From the IMG/VR virus record IMGVR_UViG_3300045988_090145: DNA of 34,183 bases; one strand, given 5' to 3'. The translations under genes were made by a program, and so were the position numbers. The notes below the pieces were generated by a model. That model made no database searches and was not told the origin of the DNA. It saw only the letters and a list, made by a program, of their open reading frames with translations. Below are positions 1-7,915 of the stretch, in pieces. Every line of letters begins with the position of its first letter. Positions within the stretch are counted from its first letter, which is position 1. Origin of the DNA: a virus.

Positions 1-52
1 TGTGGTGGACAGTCGTAGTTATGGGGAGGCGCACCTCACCAAGTTCCTACGA
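1..52. repeat. 52-bp direct terminal repeat, identical to 34132..34183. Indicates circular closure or terminal redundancy of a complete genome.
   Basis: Bases 1..52 (tgtggtggacagtcgtagttatggggaggcgcacctcaccaagttcctacga) match 34132..34183 exactly. Confidence 0.9.
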
Positions 53-74
53 TTGGAAAATTAAATTCTTATAG

Positions 75-108
75 GTCGTTCTGATGTTTGTCAGGACGAT
101 TTTTGTTG
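75..108 (+). terminator. Putative rho-independent terminator, first of a tandem pair.
   Basis: Hairpin gtcgttctga/tcaggacgat (one G-U) followed by tttttgttg. Confidence 0.45.
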
Positions 109-114
109 TATAGC

Positions 115-152
115 AAAACCCGCTGGAAGTAGAGAGCCAGCGGGTTTTTCTG
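115..152 (+). terminator. Rho-independent terminator.
   Basis: Stem aaacccgctgg / ccagcgggttt, 10-nt loop, then a tttttc run. On the circular map it lies downstream of the recombinase gene. Confidence 0.7.
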
Positions 153-442
153 TTTGAAGAGGTTGGCAATCTGAAATTGATGACCTCTTGTAGACAGAAC
201 AACTACACTGGCTGCGTTGAAAGATATAGCTCAATCCGACTCAATAGCGAGAATTATAGGAGTGACGGAGATTAGCTAGAACAATCAAAGCAAATATGTC
301 AGAAAGTGATCTTTAACAATTAGGGCATCAATAAACTATTAGCGGCTGTGTCGGTGGGTGCGTCTCGTGAGTATCTATAAATTTTAAGAAAAGCCGCCAC
401 CCACTAACTCAGTCGCTAAGCGAATAATAAAGGAGAAATAAA

Positions 443-646
443 ATGAAAAATAATACAAAAAATATCAACGAATCAAAAAAGAATAATATCAACTGGAAGC
501 AATTGCTTGAAAAAGCTAAATCAATCTTGTTAATTATCATGATTACTGCCGCTATAGCATTTTACGCGGGTATTCAATATCAGATTAACAAGACAGAGGA
601 AGTGGACAATAAGGTCCGTCAAGCAACATTACAGTTAAAAAAATAA
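443..646 (+). CDS. Small membrane protein (hypothetical).
   Basis: ATG preceded by aaaggag RBS. The 67-aa product has one hydrophobic helix, ILLIIMITAAIAFYAGI. Confidence 0.6.
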   Translation: MKNNTKNINESKKNNINWKQLLEKAKSILLIIMITAAIAFYAGIQYQINKTEEVDNKVRQATLQLKK

Positions 647-717
647 CTCGGAAGTCCGCAGCTATTTTCGAGATAGATAAAAGCGCTGCAAAGACGGATC
701 CGAAAGTCGAACCAACC

Positions 718-1053
718 GTGCCGCAACCAAAACCAGTTGCGGTATCGGGCTGCGAATTGGTTCGACGGGAGCTGTCAAAATATTCAGGATGGGATGTTAG
801 TCTAATGCTAGCTATCGCTAAGGCTGAGAATAGAAGCTGTAATCCGCTTAATCATAATCTTACCAACTCTGAGAATCACGGAGTATGTGTTGGTAGCTAT
901 GGTGTATTGCAGGTTGGCTGTCTGCATTTTCAACCTCACGATAATAGAAACGACACCGCAACAGTCGTAAGAGTTGCTTATCGAGTTTGGCAGTATCAAG
1001 GCTATAAAGCATGGACTACATATCGCACAGGGGCGTATAAGGAGAATCTATAA
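718..1053 (+). CDS. Rpf/transglycosylase-like (lysozyme-fold) domain protein.
   Basis: WDVSLMLAIAKAEN...GSYGVLQVG...GYKAWTTY follows the WD-LA-CE...YGGLQF...W pattern of transglycosylase-like/Rpf domains. GTG start with no clear RBS, so the start is uncertain. Confidence 0.45.
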   Translation: MPQPKPVAVSGCELVRRELSKYSGWDVSLMLAIAKAENRSCNPLNHNLTNSENHGVCVGSYGVLQVGCLHFQPHDNRNDTATVVRVAYRVWQYQGYKAWTTYRTGAYKENL

Positions 1054-1183
1054 TGGCTGATAAACAAAGTTTACTAGCTGGAGTGAAGCTAGAGTACGAA
1101 AGACTAGAAAGTGAAGACTATCTAATAAAACGTCTTCGCAATTGGCGCAATCGTATGCGTCGTAAACAAAAGGGCAAACAGTA

Positions 1184-1717
1184 ATGTATATAAGAGCAAC
1201 TCACAAGAAGTTTGACTTAGAAAGCATTAAGGCTGTAGCTACTTGTCCAGAATGTAAGTCTAAGCATCTCATGATATCCAGAGGAAGACTCACTTGTCGT
1301 AATTGTGGTACTGAGATAGGCAGACTTGGTAAGACTAATAAATATGGTGCTAAGCGCACTGAGATGAATGGTAAGATATACGATTCAAAGTTCGAAGCAC
1401 AAGTAGCTGCCGAGCTAGAAATTGAAAAGAATCTCGGCCAGATAAAAGACTATGACACTCAATACAGAATAGAAGGTTGGGTCTATGACGAAAACGGCAA
1501 TCCAGCATTCCCATATCGTCACAAAGTAGACTTTAGAATACATAATCTAGACGGATCATTCACTTTACGCGAAGCAAAAGGCGTAGAAACTGATGACTAT
1601 AAATGGCGCCGTAAGATCCTAGAGAAGGTGTGGCTACCAGCCCACCCTGAATATACATATGAAGTCGTATATCAGAAAAGTAGTAAGCGTTATAAGCGAA
1701 AAGGAGCGTCTAGATGA
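1184..1717 (+). CDS. DUF1064-like phage protein (putative PD-(D/E)xK-type nuclease/resolvase) with an N-terminal Cys4 zinc ribbon.
   Basis: CPEC...CRNC zinc ribbon. NKYGAKRTEMNGKIYDSKFEAQVAAELE matches the conserved NKYGAKKTE-DGI-FDSKKEA core of DUF1064. Confidence 0.55.
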   Translation: MYIRATHKKFDLESIKAVATCPECKSKHLMISRGRLTCRNCGTEIGRLGKTNKYGAKRTEMNGKIYDSKFEAQVAAELEIEKNLGQIKDYDTQYRIEGWVYDENGNPAFPYRHKVDFRIHNLDGSFTLREAKGVETDDYKWRRKILEKVWLPAHPEYTYEVVYQKSSKRYKRKGASR

Positions 1718-1899
1718 TAACTCAAAGAAAGAAAGCAGTACTTGCATTATGGAAGTTATATAAAGCCATGAGTAATACTGTAGACTCACTCATAATCAAC
1801 AGAGAAGATATACCTTCTGCCGATCAATGGATAAATGACTTAGAGTCTGACATGAAGGTAGTCAAAGAGTGGATTAGCGCACTATCTGACAATTATTAA
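1714..1899 (+). CDS. Hypothetical protein.
   Basis: 61-aa ORF with 4-nt start/stop overlap with the upstream gene, in a compact + strand operon. Confidence 0.4.
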   Translation: MITQRKKAVLALWKLYKAMSNTVDSLIINREDIPSADQWINDLESDMKVVKEWISALSDNY

Positions 1900-2069
1900 A
1901 TAGTCTGGTGCCCAGATCTGCGTTTGAACCATTGGCGTAGAAATTTGTAAAGTGTGCGGTTAAATGACTAGACTCCATAAAGTCTCCTACTTAATCAAAA
2001 ATCTAGTAACAGCCAGACTTTTCTTCCCATAAAGGATAAACGGTAAACATAAAGCTAAAAGGAGAATAA

Positions 2070-2240
2070 ATGTACATGCTAATTTGGATAATATTTGTAC
2101 TTCTGATTCTAATTCTAGTTGGAATTTCAGAATACAACATCGCTAAACAAGATGAAGAATGGATGAAGCGAATTGTAGAGGGGGACAGGCGATGGACTAA
2201 AGAAACTAAAGAGGAGGTCAGAAAATGGAAAAAGAAGTAA
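2070..2240 (+). CDS. Small membrane protein (56 aa), not in the supplied ORF track.
   Basis: Strong RBS aaaggagaataa followed by ATG. Product MYMLIWIIFVLLILILVGISEYNIAKQDEEWMKR... with one TM helix. Stop at 2238..2240. Confidence 0.5.
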   Translation: MYMLIWIIFVLLILILVGISEYNIAKQDEEWMKRIVEGDRRWTKETKEEVRKWKKK

Positions 2241-2428
2241 AGCCTTATTATGAAGATGACTATCAATCGCTAGATGAGATGAGTACTATAGATCTTCTAG
2301 AAATGAAGGATGACGCACTCAGAGGATTAAACGAACGAGAGTTTATTATTCATCGAATCAATCAAATACTAGACAGTCGAATCGAAGGCGAACGACCAAA
2401 AATTAAAGAAGTCAAGGTAAAGAAATGA
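2225..2428 (+). CDS. Hypothetical protein.
   Basis: 67-aa acidic ORF that overlaps its neighbours in operon fashion. Confidence 0.4.
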   Translation: MEKEVKPYYEDDYQSLDEMSTIDLLEMKDDALRGLNEREFIIHRINQILDSRIEGERPKIKEVKVKK

Positions 2429-2628
2429 TAAAGGATAATTTACCAAACATACTTGAAATAGCTTTGATAATGATAACTATAGGTGGATTTGCACTAATCA
2501 TTTTTCTAACTGTTATCAGTTCTAATGAAGAAAAACAAGCCATGGACGTTAAAGCTCGTTGTGAATCAGTTGGCGGCAAAATGGGTTATCTAAAATGTTT
2601 CAAAGACGGAAAGGAGATAAAGAAATGA
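2425..2628 (+). CDS. Small membrane protein.
   Basis: 67 aa with TM segment ILEIALIMITIGGFALIIFLTVI. ATGA overlap with the upstream gene. Confidence 0.5.
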   Translation: MIKDNLPNILEIALIMITIGGFALIIFLTVISSNEEKQAMDVKARCESVGGKMGYLKCFKDGKEIKK

Positions 2629-3215
2629 AATACAAGCTTCTTAAAGACACACCTACAATTAAAGCTGGCACCATTTTTGAAGAGATCGTTAATATGTCTG
2701 ATGGAACCAGAGAATTAACTGTGGCTGTACCAGGTGAAGACACACCACAAGACCCTCAATTCACAATTCAAGATATAGACAACTTCGACGAGTGGTTCGA
2801 GGAAATGGAAGAACCGACAGACAGCGCTCACTGGAAGCCAAAAATAGCCGAGAAATACTTCTGCATTAACGAATATGGAGATGTGGAGTGGAAAGTCTGG
2901 AACGACGACGATGTGGATAACAGACTTATGGCTATGGGTCTTGTCTACCGCACTGAAGAAGAATGTGAAGAAGCTCGCGACCGAAGGCTAGCAGAAGTCA
3001 GACTGAGCCAAACCTCAAACTTTGAGCCAGATTTTGAGGATTGTAGAGGTGGATGGGTAGTCTACTACAATTACAAGGACAAAGAACTATACGCATACGA
3101 TACTGACTATGACGATTCTGGTGAAATCGTACGCTATGCAACCAAAGAAGAAGCTGAAAAATCTATAAGAGAAAATCGAGAAGATTGGATGATTTATTTT
3201 GGAGTAAAGGAGTAA
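2625..3215 (+). CDS. Acidic hypothetical protein.
   Basis: ATG at 2625 preceded by aaggag. The track ORF begins at 2595, but the RBS favours 2625. The 196-aa product is Asp/Glu-rich. Confidence 0.55.
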   Translation: MKYKLLKDTPTIKAGTIFEEIVNMSDGTRELTVAVPGEDTPQDPQFTIQDIDNFDEWFEEMEEPTDSAHWKPKIAEKYFCINEYGDVEWKVWNDDDVDNRLMAMGLVYRTEEECEEARDRRLAEVRLSQTSNFEPDFEDCRGGWVVYYNYKDKELYAYDTDYDDSGEIVRYATKEEAEKSIRENREDWMIYFGVKE

Positions 3216-3218
3216 AGT

Positions 3219-3449
3219 ATGGCCGGCAATACGATTGGTGGTAAGAAAGCCGCCGCAAAAAACCTAGCAAGCAATCCTAACTTTTACGCTGAAATCGGAC
3301 GAAAGGGCGGCTCAGCTACTTTTGCAAGCCACGGAAGTTATAAGGGATTTGCGCAAGATATTGAATGCGATTGCGACCTAATTGACGGTCCTCACTTCGT
3401 GAAGAAGTGTGCTGGCAAAAAAGGTGGTCGTATCAGTAAACGAAAGTAA
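3219..3449 (+). CDS. KGG-repeat general-stress-protein-like small basic protein.
   Basis: GGKKAAAKN...EIGRKGGSATFASHGSYKGF...GKKGGR resembles the KGG-motif stress proteins (YciG/YmdF/Con-10 family). RBS ggagtaaag. Confidence 0.5.
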   Translation: MAGNTIGGKKAAAKNLASNPNFYAEIGRKGGSATFASHGSYKGFAQDIECDCDLIDGPHFVKKCAGKKGGRISKRK

Positions 3450-3644
3450 ACGGGTACGATTTGTATCCAGTAGAACATTAAAATCAACCGTAGAACTGGA
3501 CAGATGATATGCACAACTCCTTTATGTGGCTCCACACCTACCCGGTGTGTTATCTAAAACTTGTGAAACGTTGTGAGCTGGAATTGAAGCAACCTGCAAT
3601 GCAACGTGTATCGTCTGTTCAACTGGTAGCACCAACGCACCTTT

Positions 3645-3664
3645 TACTTTCATCTTACTTTCAT
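3645..3664. repeat. Tandem 11-bp direct repeats (iteron-like) inside a 400-bp noncoding region.
   Basis: ttttactttcat followed by cttactttcat. Flanked by inverted 9-mers tagcaccaa (3627..3635) and ttggtgcta (3707..3715), and by direct tcaactgg copies. Confidence 0.5.
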
Positions 3665-3865
3665 TTAGACTTAGATATCTACATAAAAATGAAAATAGCT
3701 ATCATTTGGTGCTATCAACTGGCAATATCAGTGTCTAGGCTTTTAATTTGCCTATAGAATTGAGTGTAGTGGAAATCGGCTCAATCTGGTGTTGCCAGCA
3801 CCAGTTCTGCGGTTGAGGAGATTAAATATGAAAAGTTATGACAATGGAATGTAAGAGTGAGAATA

Positions 3866-4147
3866 ATGAAGCATAAGATTAAAGGACGTGATTATAAAAC
3901 ATCAACACTCAGAGTTTACGGCACAAAAGAAACTCGCTCAAAGCAATTTATCCGTAAACAGTTAATAAACAACAATGGAGCAATATGCTCTCTCTGCAAC
4001 AAGCCGATTGAAACGATGAAGGATTGCACGATTGACCACATCATTCCAGTAAGCAAGGGAGGCTTGACGACAATCGAGAACTGCCAGTTGGCACATAGAA
4101 ATTGTAATTTGAGCAAAGGCAATAAGGAAGGTATAGACAATGAGTGA
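3866..4147 (+). CDS. HNH endonuclease.
   Basis: CSLCNKPI...DHIIPVSKGG...NCQLAHRNCNLSKG is a canonical HNH motif: C-x2-C, DH, N, H, C-N-x2-K. The track starts at GTG 3857; ATG 3866 was chosen. Confidence 0.8.
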   Translation: MKHKIKGRDYKTSTLRVYGTKETRSKQFIRKQLINNNGAICSLCNKPIETMKDCTIDHIIPVSKGGLTTIENCQLAHRNCNLSKGNKEGIDNE

Positions 4148-4493
4148 AATTGTAGGATATAAAGGAAAACTTAAACTTTGTAAAAAATATAAAGATGCTG
4201 ATGAGCTTCAATCTAATTTGCAAGATTTCTGGCAAAGTGTGCCTAGAGAAGAACGTAATCAATACTACAAAGATGTAGAAGAAATTGACGAGTATGAGCT
4301 AGAAGATAATGGCTATATCGTTATTGATGGAAATTGTATTTATAAAGTTGAATTAGAAGATTTTGACGCATATGACGACTTTGTTGAAATTACCCAGGTT
4401 CAAGACGGTGTTTATGAATTCATAACGCAGTTTTATAACGGCTCAACCGACCTTCAAGAAATGTTGCAGGAGGGTTTTGATAAACGCCGATGA
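4140..4493 (+). CDS. Acidic hypothetical protein.
   Basis: 117-aa ORF in the operon, overlapping the HNH stop. Confidence 0.5.
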   Translation: MSEIVGYKGKLKLCKKYKDADELQSNLQDFWQSVPREERNQYYKDVEEIDEYELEDNGYIVIDGNCIYKVELEDFDAYDDFVEITQVQDGVYEFITQFYNGSTDLQEMLQEGFDKRR

Positions 4494-4741
4494 GAATATC
4501 AGATATTCCAGATGACGACCTTGTTTTTCTAAGGTCAGATGGAACTCCATCAGAAAATGCTATTTATACGCAAGAAACCAAAGATGGTGAGATTATGTTT
4601 TTTGAATTATTGGGTCAATCAAAGCTTAACGGGATAAAGCTAACTATCGACGGCAAGGAGCCATATCGCAGGTTACTTATTCGTCGAGTTTATCCAGCTA
4701 TCAAAAATCAACCAACAGACAACGAAAGGAAATCTAAATGA
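4490..4741 (+). CDS. Hypothetical protein.
   Basis: 83-aa ORF with ATGA overlap. Confidence 0.45.
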   Translation: MRISDIPDDDLVFLRSDGTPSENAIYTQETKDGEIMFFELLGQSKLNGIKLTIDGKEPYRRLLIRRVYPAIKNQPTDNERKSK

Positions 4742-5079
4742 AAATTATAGCAGAAAATCCAGCTGAAGAAGCCTTGCTGTGGCGCATTAAAGCCTTAAGC
4801 GACGAGTTGGTCAATCAAGATAATCGATCCACTAGTATGCCGATGTGGACGATCCTAGATAATAACAAAGCCGGCAAAGATTATGGCGCGGTTATGTACT
4901 TTACTGGCAAAGCCGCCGAGCAGCATATCAACGAGAATGACCATCATTACAAGAAACCAATGATATGTGTTCGCAGCGCTCACGACAATCGAGAGCTGAA
5001 AGATGTTATTCACCTACTCATTCTAGCTGGCGGCAATGAAATACCAAGTAACCATTATGGAGTTTTGAGAGATGCGTGA
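4738..5079 (+). CDS. Hypothetical protein.
   Basis: 113-aa ORF with ATGA overlap. Confidence 0.5.
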   Translation: MKIIAENPAEEALLWRIKALSDELVNQDNRSTSMPMWTILDNNKAGKDYGAVMYFTGKAAEQHINENDHHYKKPMICVRSAHDNRELKDVIHLLILAGGNEIPSNHYGVLRDA

Positions 5080-5509
5080 TATTAACTTCCGCGTTTGGGA
5101 CAATCTAGAAAAGGCTTATCTTAACGAGAAAGACATAACTATAGACAGTCTGGGCAATATATTTATAATTGAGGGATACGATCACAATGACTCCGAGCTA
5201 TGGTATGCGCGAATTTTACCAGACCCAGACAACAAGCGGCATATTATCGAGCAATGCCCATGGCTAAAAGACAAGAATGGCAGAGAGATTTACCAGGGTG
5301 ATACCTGTTATTTTACTAGCAAAACTGGTAAACATGTGGGTGTAGTAGAGCGGTCAGGTGATTTAGCTAGTTTCGGATTACGAATGATCAAAAACAACTT
5401 CTTATATACTTTTTCCGAGCTTGACACTATGGGAATTGACCTTGACACTTTGGAAGTTGTCGGAAATATTCACGAAAATCCTGAACTTTTGGAGAAGGAG
5501 GAGAAATGA
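5072..5509 (+). CDS. YopX-family protein.
   Basis: N-terminus MRDINFRVWDNLEKAYL matches the characteristic M-R-x-IKFRAWD start of YopX (PF09643) phage proteins. Confidence 0.6.
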   Translation: MRDINFRVWDNLEKAYLNEKDITIDSLGNIFIIEGYDHNDSELWYARILPDPDNKRHIIEQCPWLKDKNGREIYQGDTCYFTSKTGKHVGVVERSGDLASFGLRMIKNNFLYTFSELDTMGIDLDTLEVVGNIHENPELLEKEEK

Positions 5510-5826
5510 AAATAAATAAGATAGTAGAGTTACAGCGTGATAACCAGAGATATGTTGAGCGGGTTAATAAACTTTTAGAAAAGCCGAAAGCTCACAGTAT
5601 TCTTCACTGTCTGGGTGTGTATCCTGAAGAGCTACAGTACTCTCTACCTGCACCAGTAGATGTGGATTTGATATATAGACTTATCGGGTATGTTGAGGAA
5701 TGTGAAAGAGCGGCTAAAATCGAAGCTCTCGACGAAGTTTTAGACTATTGTATAAACCACGCTCCAGGCTGTAACCCAAATAAGATGTATGAATATGTTA
5801 AAGGCAAGGTGAATAATGAAAGATAA
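5506..5826 (+). CDS. Hypothetical protein.
   Basis: 106-aa ORF with ATGA overlap and RBS ggagaaggaggag upstream. Confidence 0.5.
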   Translation: MKINKIVELQRDNQRYVERVNKLLEKPKAHSILHCLGVYPEELQYSLPAPVDVDLIYRLIGYVEECERAAKIEALDEVLDYCINHAPGCNPNKMYEYVKGKVNNER

Positions 5827-6013
5827 GTCATCTATAGTAATAGAAACTAGCCATGCACCTACGCCTCGTCCGTATATTGTAGACGTTATTCATATGCCAT
5901 ATAGAACTCTCGATAAGAAAGTTCTTACAGTCTACATCATAAAATATTCAGACGGTAGCATTTATCATTTTAAGAAAGACGAAAGGGAAGGTGTTCAAAA
6001 TGAAGGACGATAA
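5816..6013 (+). CDS. Hypothetical protein.
   Basis: 65-aa ORF overlapping its neighbours. Confidence 0.35.
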   Translation: MKDKSSIVIETSHAPTPRPYIVDVIHMPYRTLDKKVLTVYIIKYSDGSIYHFKKDEREGVQNEGR

Positions 6014-6269
6014 CGATGCGGATATAGCTGTCATATTGCTTTTTGTCGTGGCAGTCACCTGTATAGGGCTTGTAATATCCAGACAGGAGGAAAACAAGAA
6101 AGCGCTAAAAGTAAAAAGAGAAACTGAGACTCAAGTTTGCCAGAGAGTTTTCGGTAAAGATTATGTATATCAAATACCAAAAACTATACACGAAACACCC
6201 TATTGTCTAGGAAACGACGGTGTGCGTAAATACCTGAAGAGAGATGAGTATGGAAACATTAATCAATAG
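6000..6269 (+). CDS. Small membrane protein.
   Basis: TM helix IAVILLFVVAVTCIGLVI. ATG at 6000 sits after gaaagggaagg; the track start is GTG 5991. Confidence 0.45.
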   Translation: MKDDNDADIAVILLFVVAVTCIGLVISRQEENKKALKVKRETETQVCQRVFGKDYVYQIPKTIHETPYCLGNDGVRKYLKRDEYGNINQ

Positions 6270-6534
6270 ATGCCCGTCAAAGTCATATATGGATAATTCA
6301 ATAGTGTGTGATAAATGCGGAAAAACTATTATAAGAGATGATGTATATGGCTATGGTCATGCTTGCTCTGTGAATCTAAAGGAGATAAATCAGCGTATTG
6401 ACAATATGTACAATCCCTATGCTGCAACCCCAGAAGAGCGACGAATAAGGCGTGATTTACGTGATTATGCTAACGCTCTATACAATCCAGAGCCCCTATT
6501 CTCTTCTAGAGATTATCCTAAAAGATTAAGCTAA
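6244..6534 (+). CDS. Zinc-finger-like hypothetical protein.
   Basis: CPSK...CDKCGK...C motif in a 96-aa ORF. Confidence 0.45.
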   Translation: MSMETLINRCPSKSYMDNSIVCDKCGKTIIRDDVYGYGHACSVNLKEINQRIDNMYNPYAATPEERRIRRDLRDYANALYNPEPLFSSRDYPKRLS

Positions 6535-6558
6535 AAAATTGATAATTCGGAGAAAGAT

Positions 6559-7254
6559 ATGAGTAAAAATACTATAGTAGGCTTTCGGCCGTCAGGTAGA
6601 TTGCATTTAGGGCATTATGTTAGCGTGATAAAGCCAGCAATAGAATACAAGGCAGATATCCTGATAGCTAAACACCATGCGCCACTGTCAGAACCTGAAT
6701 ATGAGGAGCGAGCATTGAGCGTACTCAGAATGTTTAAGTTGGGTAGTCAAGTTGTCGAGCAGAGATTAGATGTCGCTTTACTAGCTAAGCTGCTAGCCGT
6801 AACACCTAGCCACCTACTGAATGCTATGCCGCAGTATAAAGCTAAAGAAAAGACCGCGCTAATGTACATATATCCAGTGATGATGGCTCTAGATATTGCA
6901 GGTTACGATAGAGTAATCGTTGGCGAAGATCAGCGTCCTCATATCGAATTCGCAAGAGATATCCTGCCGCGGGTTGGATTGAAGTGTCCAGATCCAATTT
7001 ATACAAAATCCAAGATTATGGACTTAAGACATCCTGATCGTAAAATGAGTAAGTCTGAGCCAAAGTCGTGTTTATTCCTAGATGATGAAGATTATGAGCG
7101 CAAGATCATGAAGGCGGTCACTGACGTCAAAGGACTATCAAATTTGAGAAACATATACATAGAGTTGGGTGGTCGGTCTGATATTGAAAACATGAGTAAC
7201 TACGATCTAAAGCGAGCGATTGTAGAATTATATAAAAGTCTCAATCTTTACTAA
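6559..7254 (+). CDS. Tryptophanyl-tRNA synthetase homolog, C-terminally truncated (catalytic Rossmann domain only).
   Basis: Class-I aaRS signatures HIGH (RPSGRLHLGHY), KMSKS (exact), and the TrpRS GEDQ-x2-H motif (VIVGEDQRPHIEF). Collinear with bacterial TrpRS (GIQPSG-LTLGNY / VGEDQKQH / KMSKS), but at 231 aa versus ~330 aa it lacks the anticodon-binding domain. Confidence 0.75.
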   Translation: MSKNTIVGFRPSGRLHLGHYVSVIKPAIEYKADILIAKHHAPLSEPEYEERALSVLRMFKLGSQVVEQRLDVALLAKLLAVTPSHLLNAMPQYKAKEKTALMYIYPVMMALDIAGYDRVIVGEDQRPHIEFARDILPRVGLKCPDPIYTKSKIMDLRHPDRKMSKSEPKSCLFLDDEDYERKIMKAVTDVKGLSNLRNIYIELGGRSDIENMSNYDLKRAIVELYKSLNLY

Positions 7255-7311
7255 AAGATAATCCGCCCTTTCAAGACGGATTGTATCTCACAACTAGCGA
7301 CTTTTGAAGAT

Positions 7312-7340
7312 TTCTATCGGATCCGTAAATATGATATAAT
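7312..7340 (+). promoter_or_regulatory. Putative promoter with extended -10 (TGaTATAAT) upstream of the terminase operon.
   Basis: tgatataat at 7332..7340. Weak -35 ttctat 17 bp upstream. Confidence 0.35.
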
Positions 7341-7384
7341 TTAATTAACTCACAAGACGCGGGCGACTAGCGAGGATGTTGGTT

Positions 7385-7915
7385 ATGTCCAAAACTGCAG
7401 CCAAAAGCAAGCCTAAGTCTTCTAAAAAGCCGCCTACAAAAACACCTAAAAAGAACGGGCGTCCTACAAAATACTCTGATAAGCTAGCAGATAGAATATG
7501 TCAGAAAATAGCAGAAGGCTATTCGGTACGATCTATATGCAAAGAAAAAGATATGGTCTCTATGCAGACACTTTTTCGATGGTTACGAGAAAATGATAAG
7601 TTTCGTGAGCAATACGCGCATGCATGTGAAGAACGATCATACGCACAAGCTGAAGAGATTATTGATATTGCAGATAACGCTACTAACGACTATATGGAGA
7701 AGTTGGAAGGCGATGGATATATATTCAATAGCGAGAATGTTCAGAGGTCACGTTTAAGAATCGACACGCGTAAGTGGCTGATGTCTAAGATGAATCCAAA
7801 AGTTTACGGCGACAAGTTGGATATGACTACAAACGGTAATGACATAGGAGTAGCTCTAAGTGCAAAGCAAGCAGAGCAACTACTTAAAGCCAGAGCAGAC
7901 CGTCGGGATTCTTAG
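7385..7915 (+). CDS. terS: Terminase small subunit.
   Basis: Lys-rich N-terminus followed by GRPTKYSDKLADRICQKIAEGYSVRSIC...LFRWLREN, the typical TerS HTH. Lies immediately upstream of the large subunit. ATG 7385 has gagga 8 nt upstream; the track start is 7376. Confidence 0.7.
   Translation: MSKTAAKSKPKSSKKPPTKTPKKNGRPTKYSDKLADRICQKIAEGYSVRSICKEKDMVSMQTLFRWLRENDKFREQYAHACEERSYAQAEEIIDIADNATNDYMEKLEGDGYIFNSENVQRSRLRIDTRKWLMSKMNPKVYGDKLDMTTNGNDIGVALSAKQAEQLLKARADRRDS

Noticed and set aside
808-999. 63-aa minus-strand ORF inside the transglycosylase-like gene.
   Set aside because: Antisense to a + strand gene with recognisable domain motifs and no expression signals.
3509-3757. 82-aa + strand ORF in the KGG-HNH intergenic region.
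   Set aside because: No RBS, hydrophobic Leu/Ile-rich low-complexity product, and it overlaps tandem and inverted DNA repeats. More likely noncoding (ori or ncRNA).
3440-3860. Possible tRNA gene (gttcaactggtagcacc resembles a D-loop).
   Set aside because: I could not assemble a full cloverleaf: no GTTC-type T-arm and no 7-bp acceptor pairing. The motif is better explained as part of the repeat and inverted-repeat structure.
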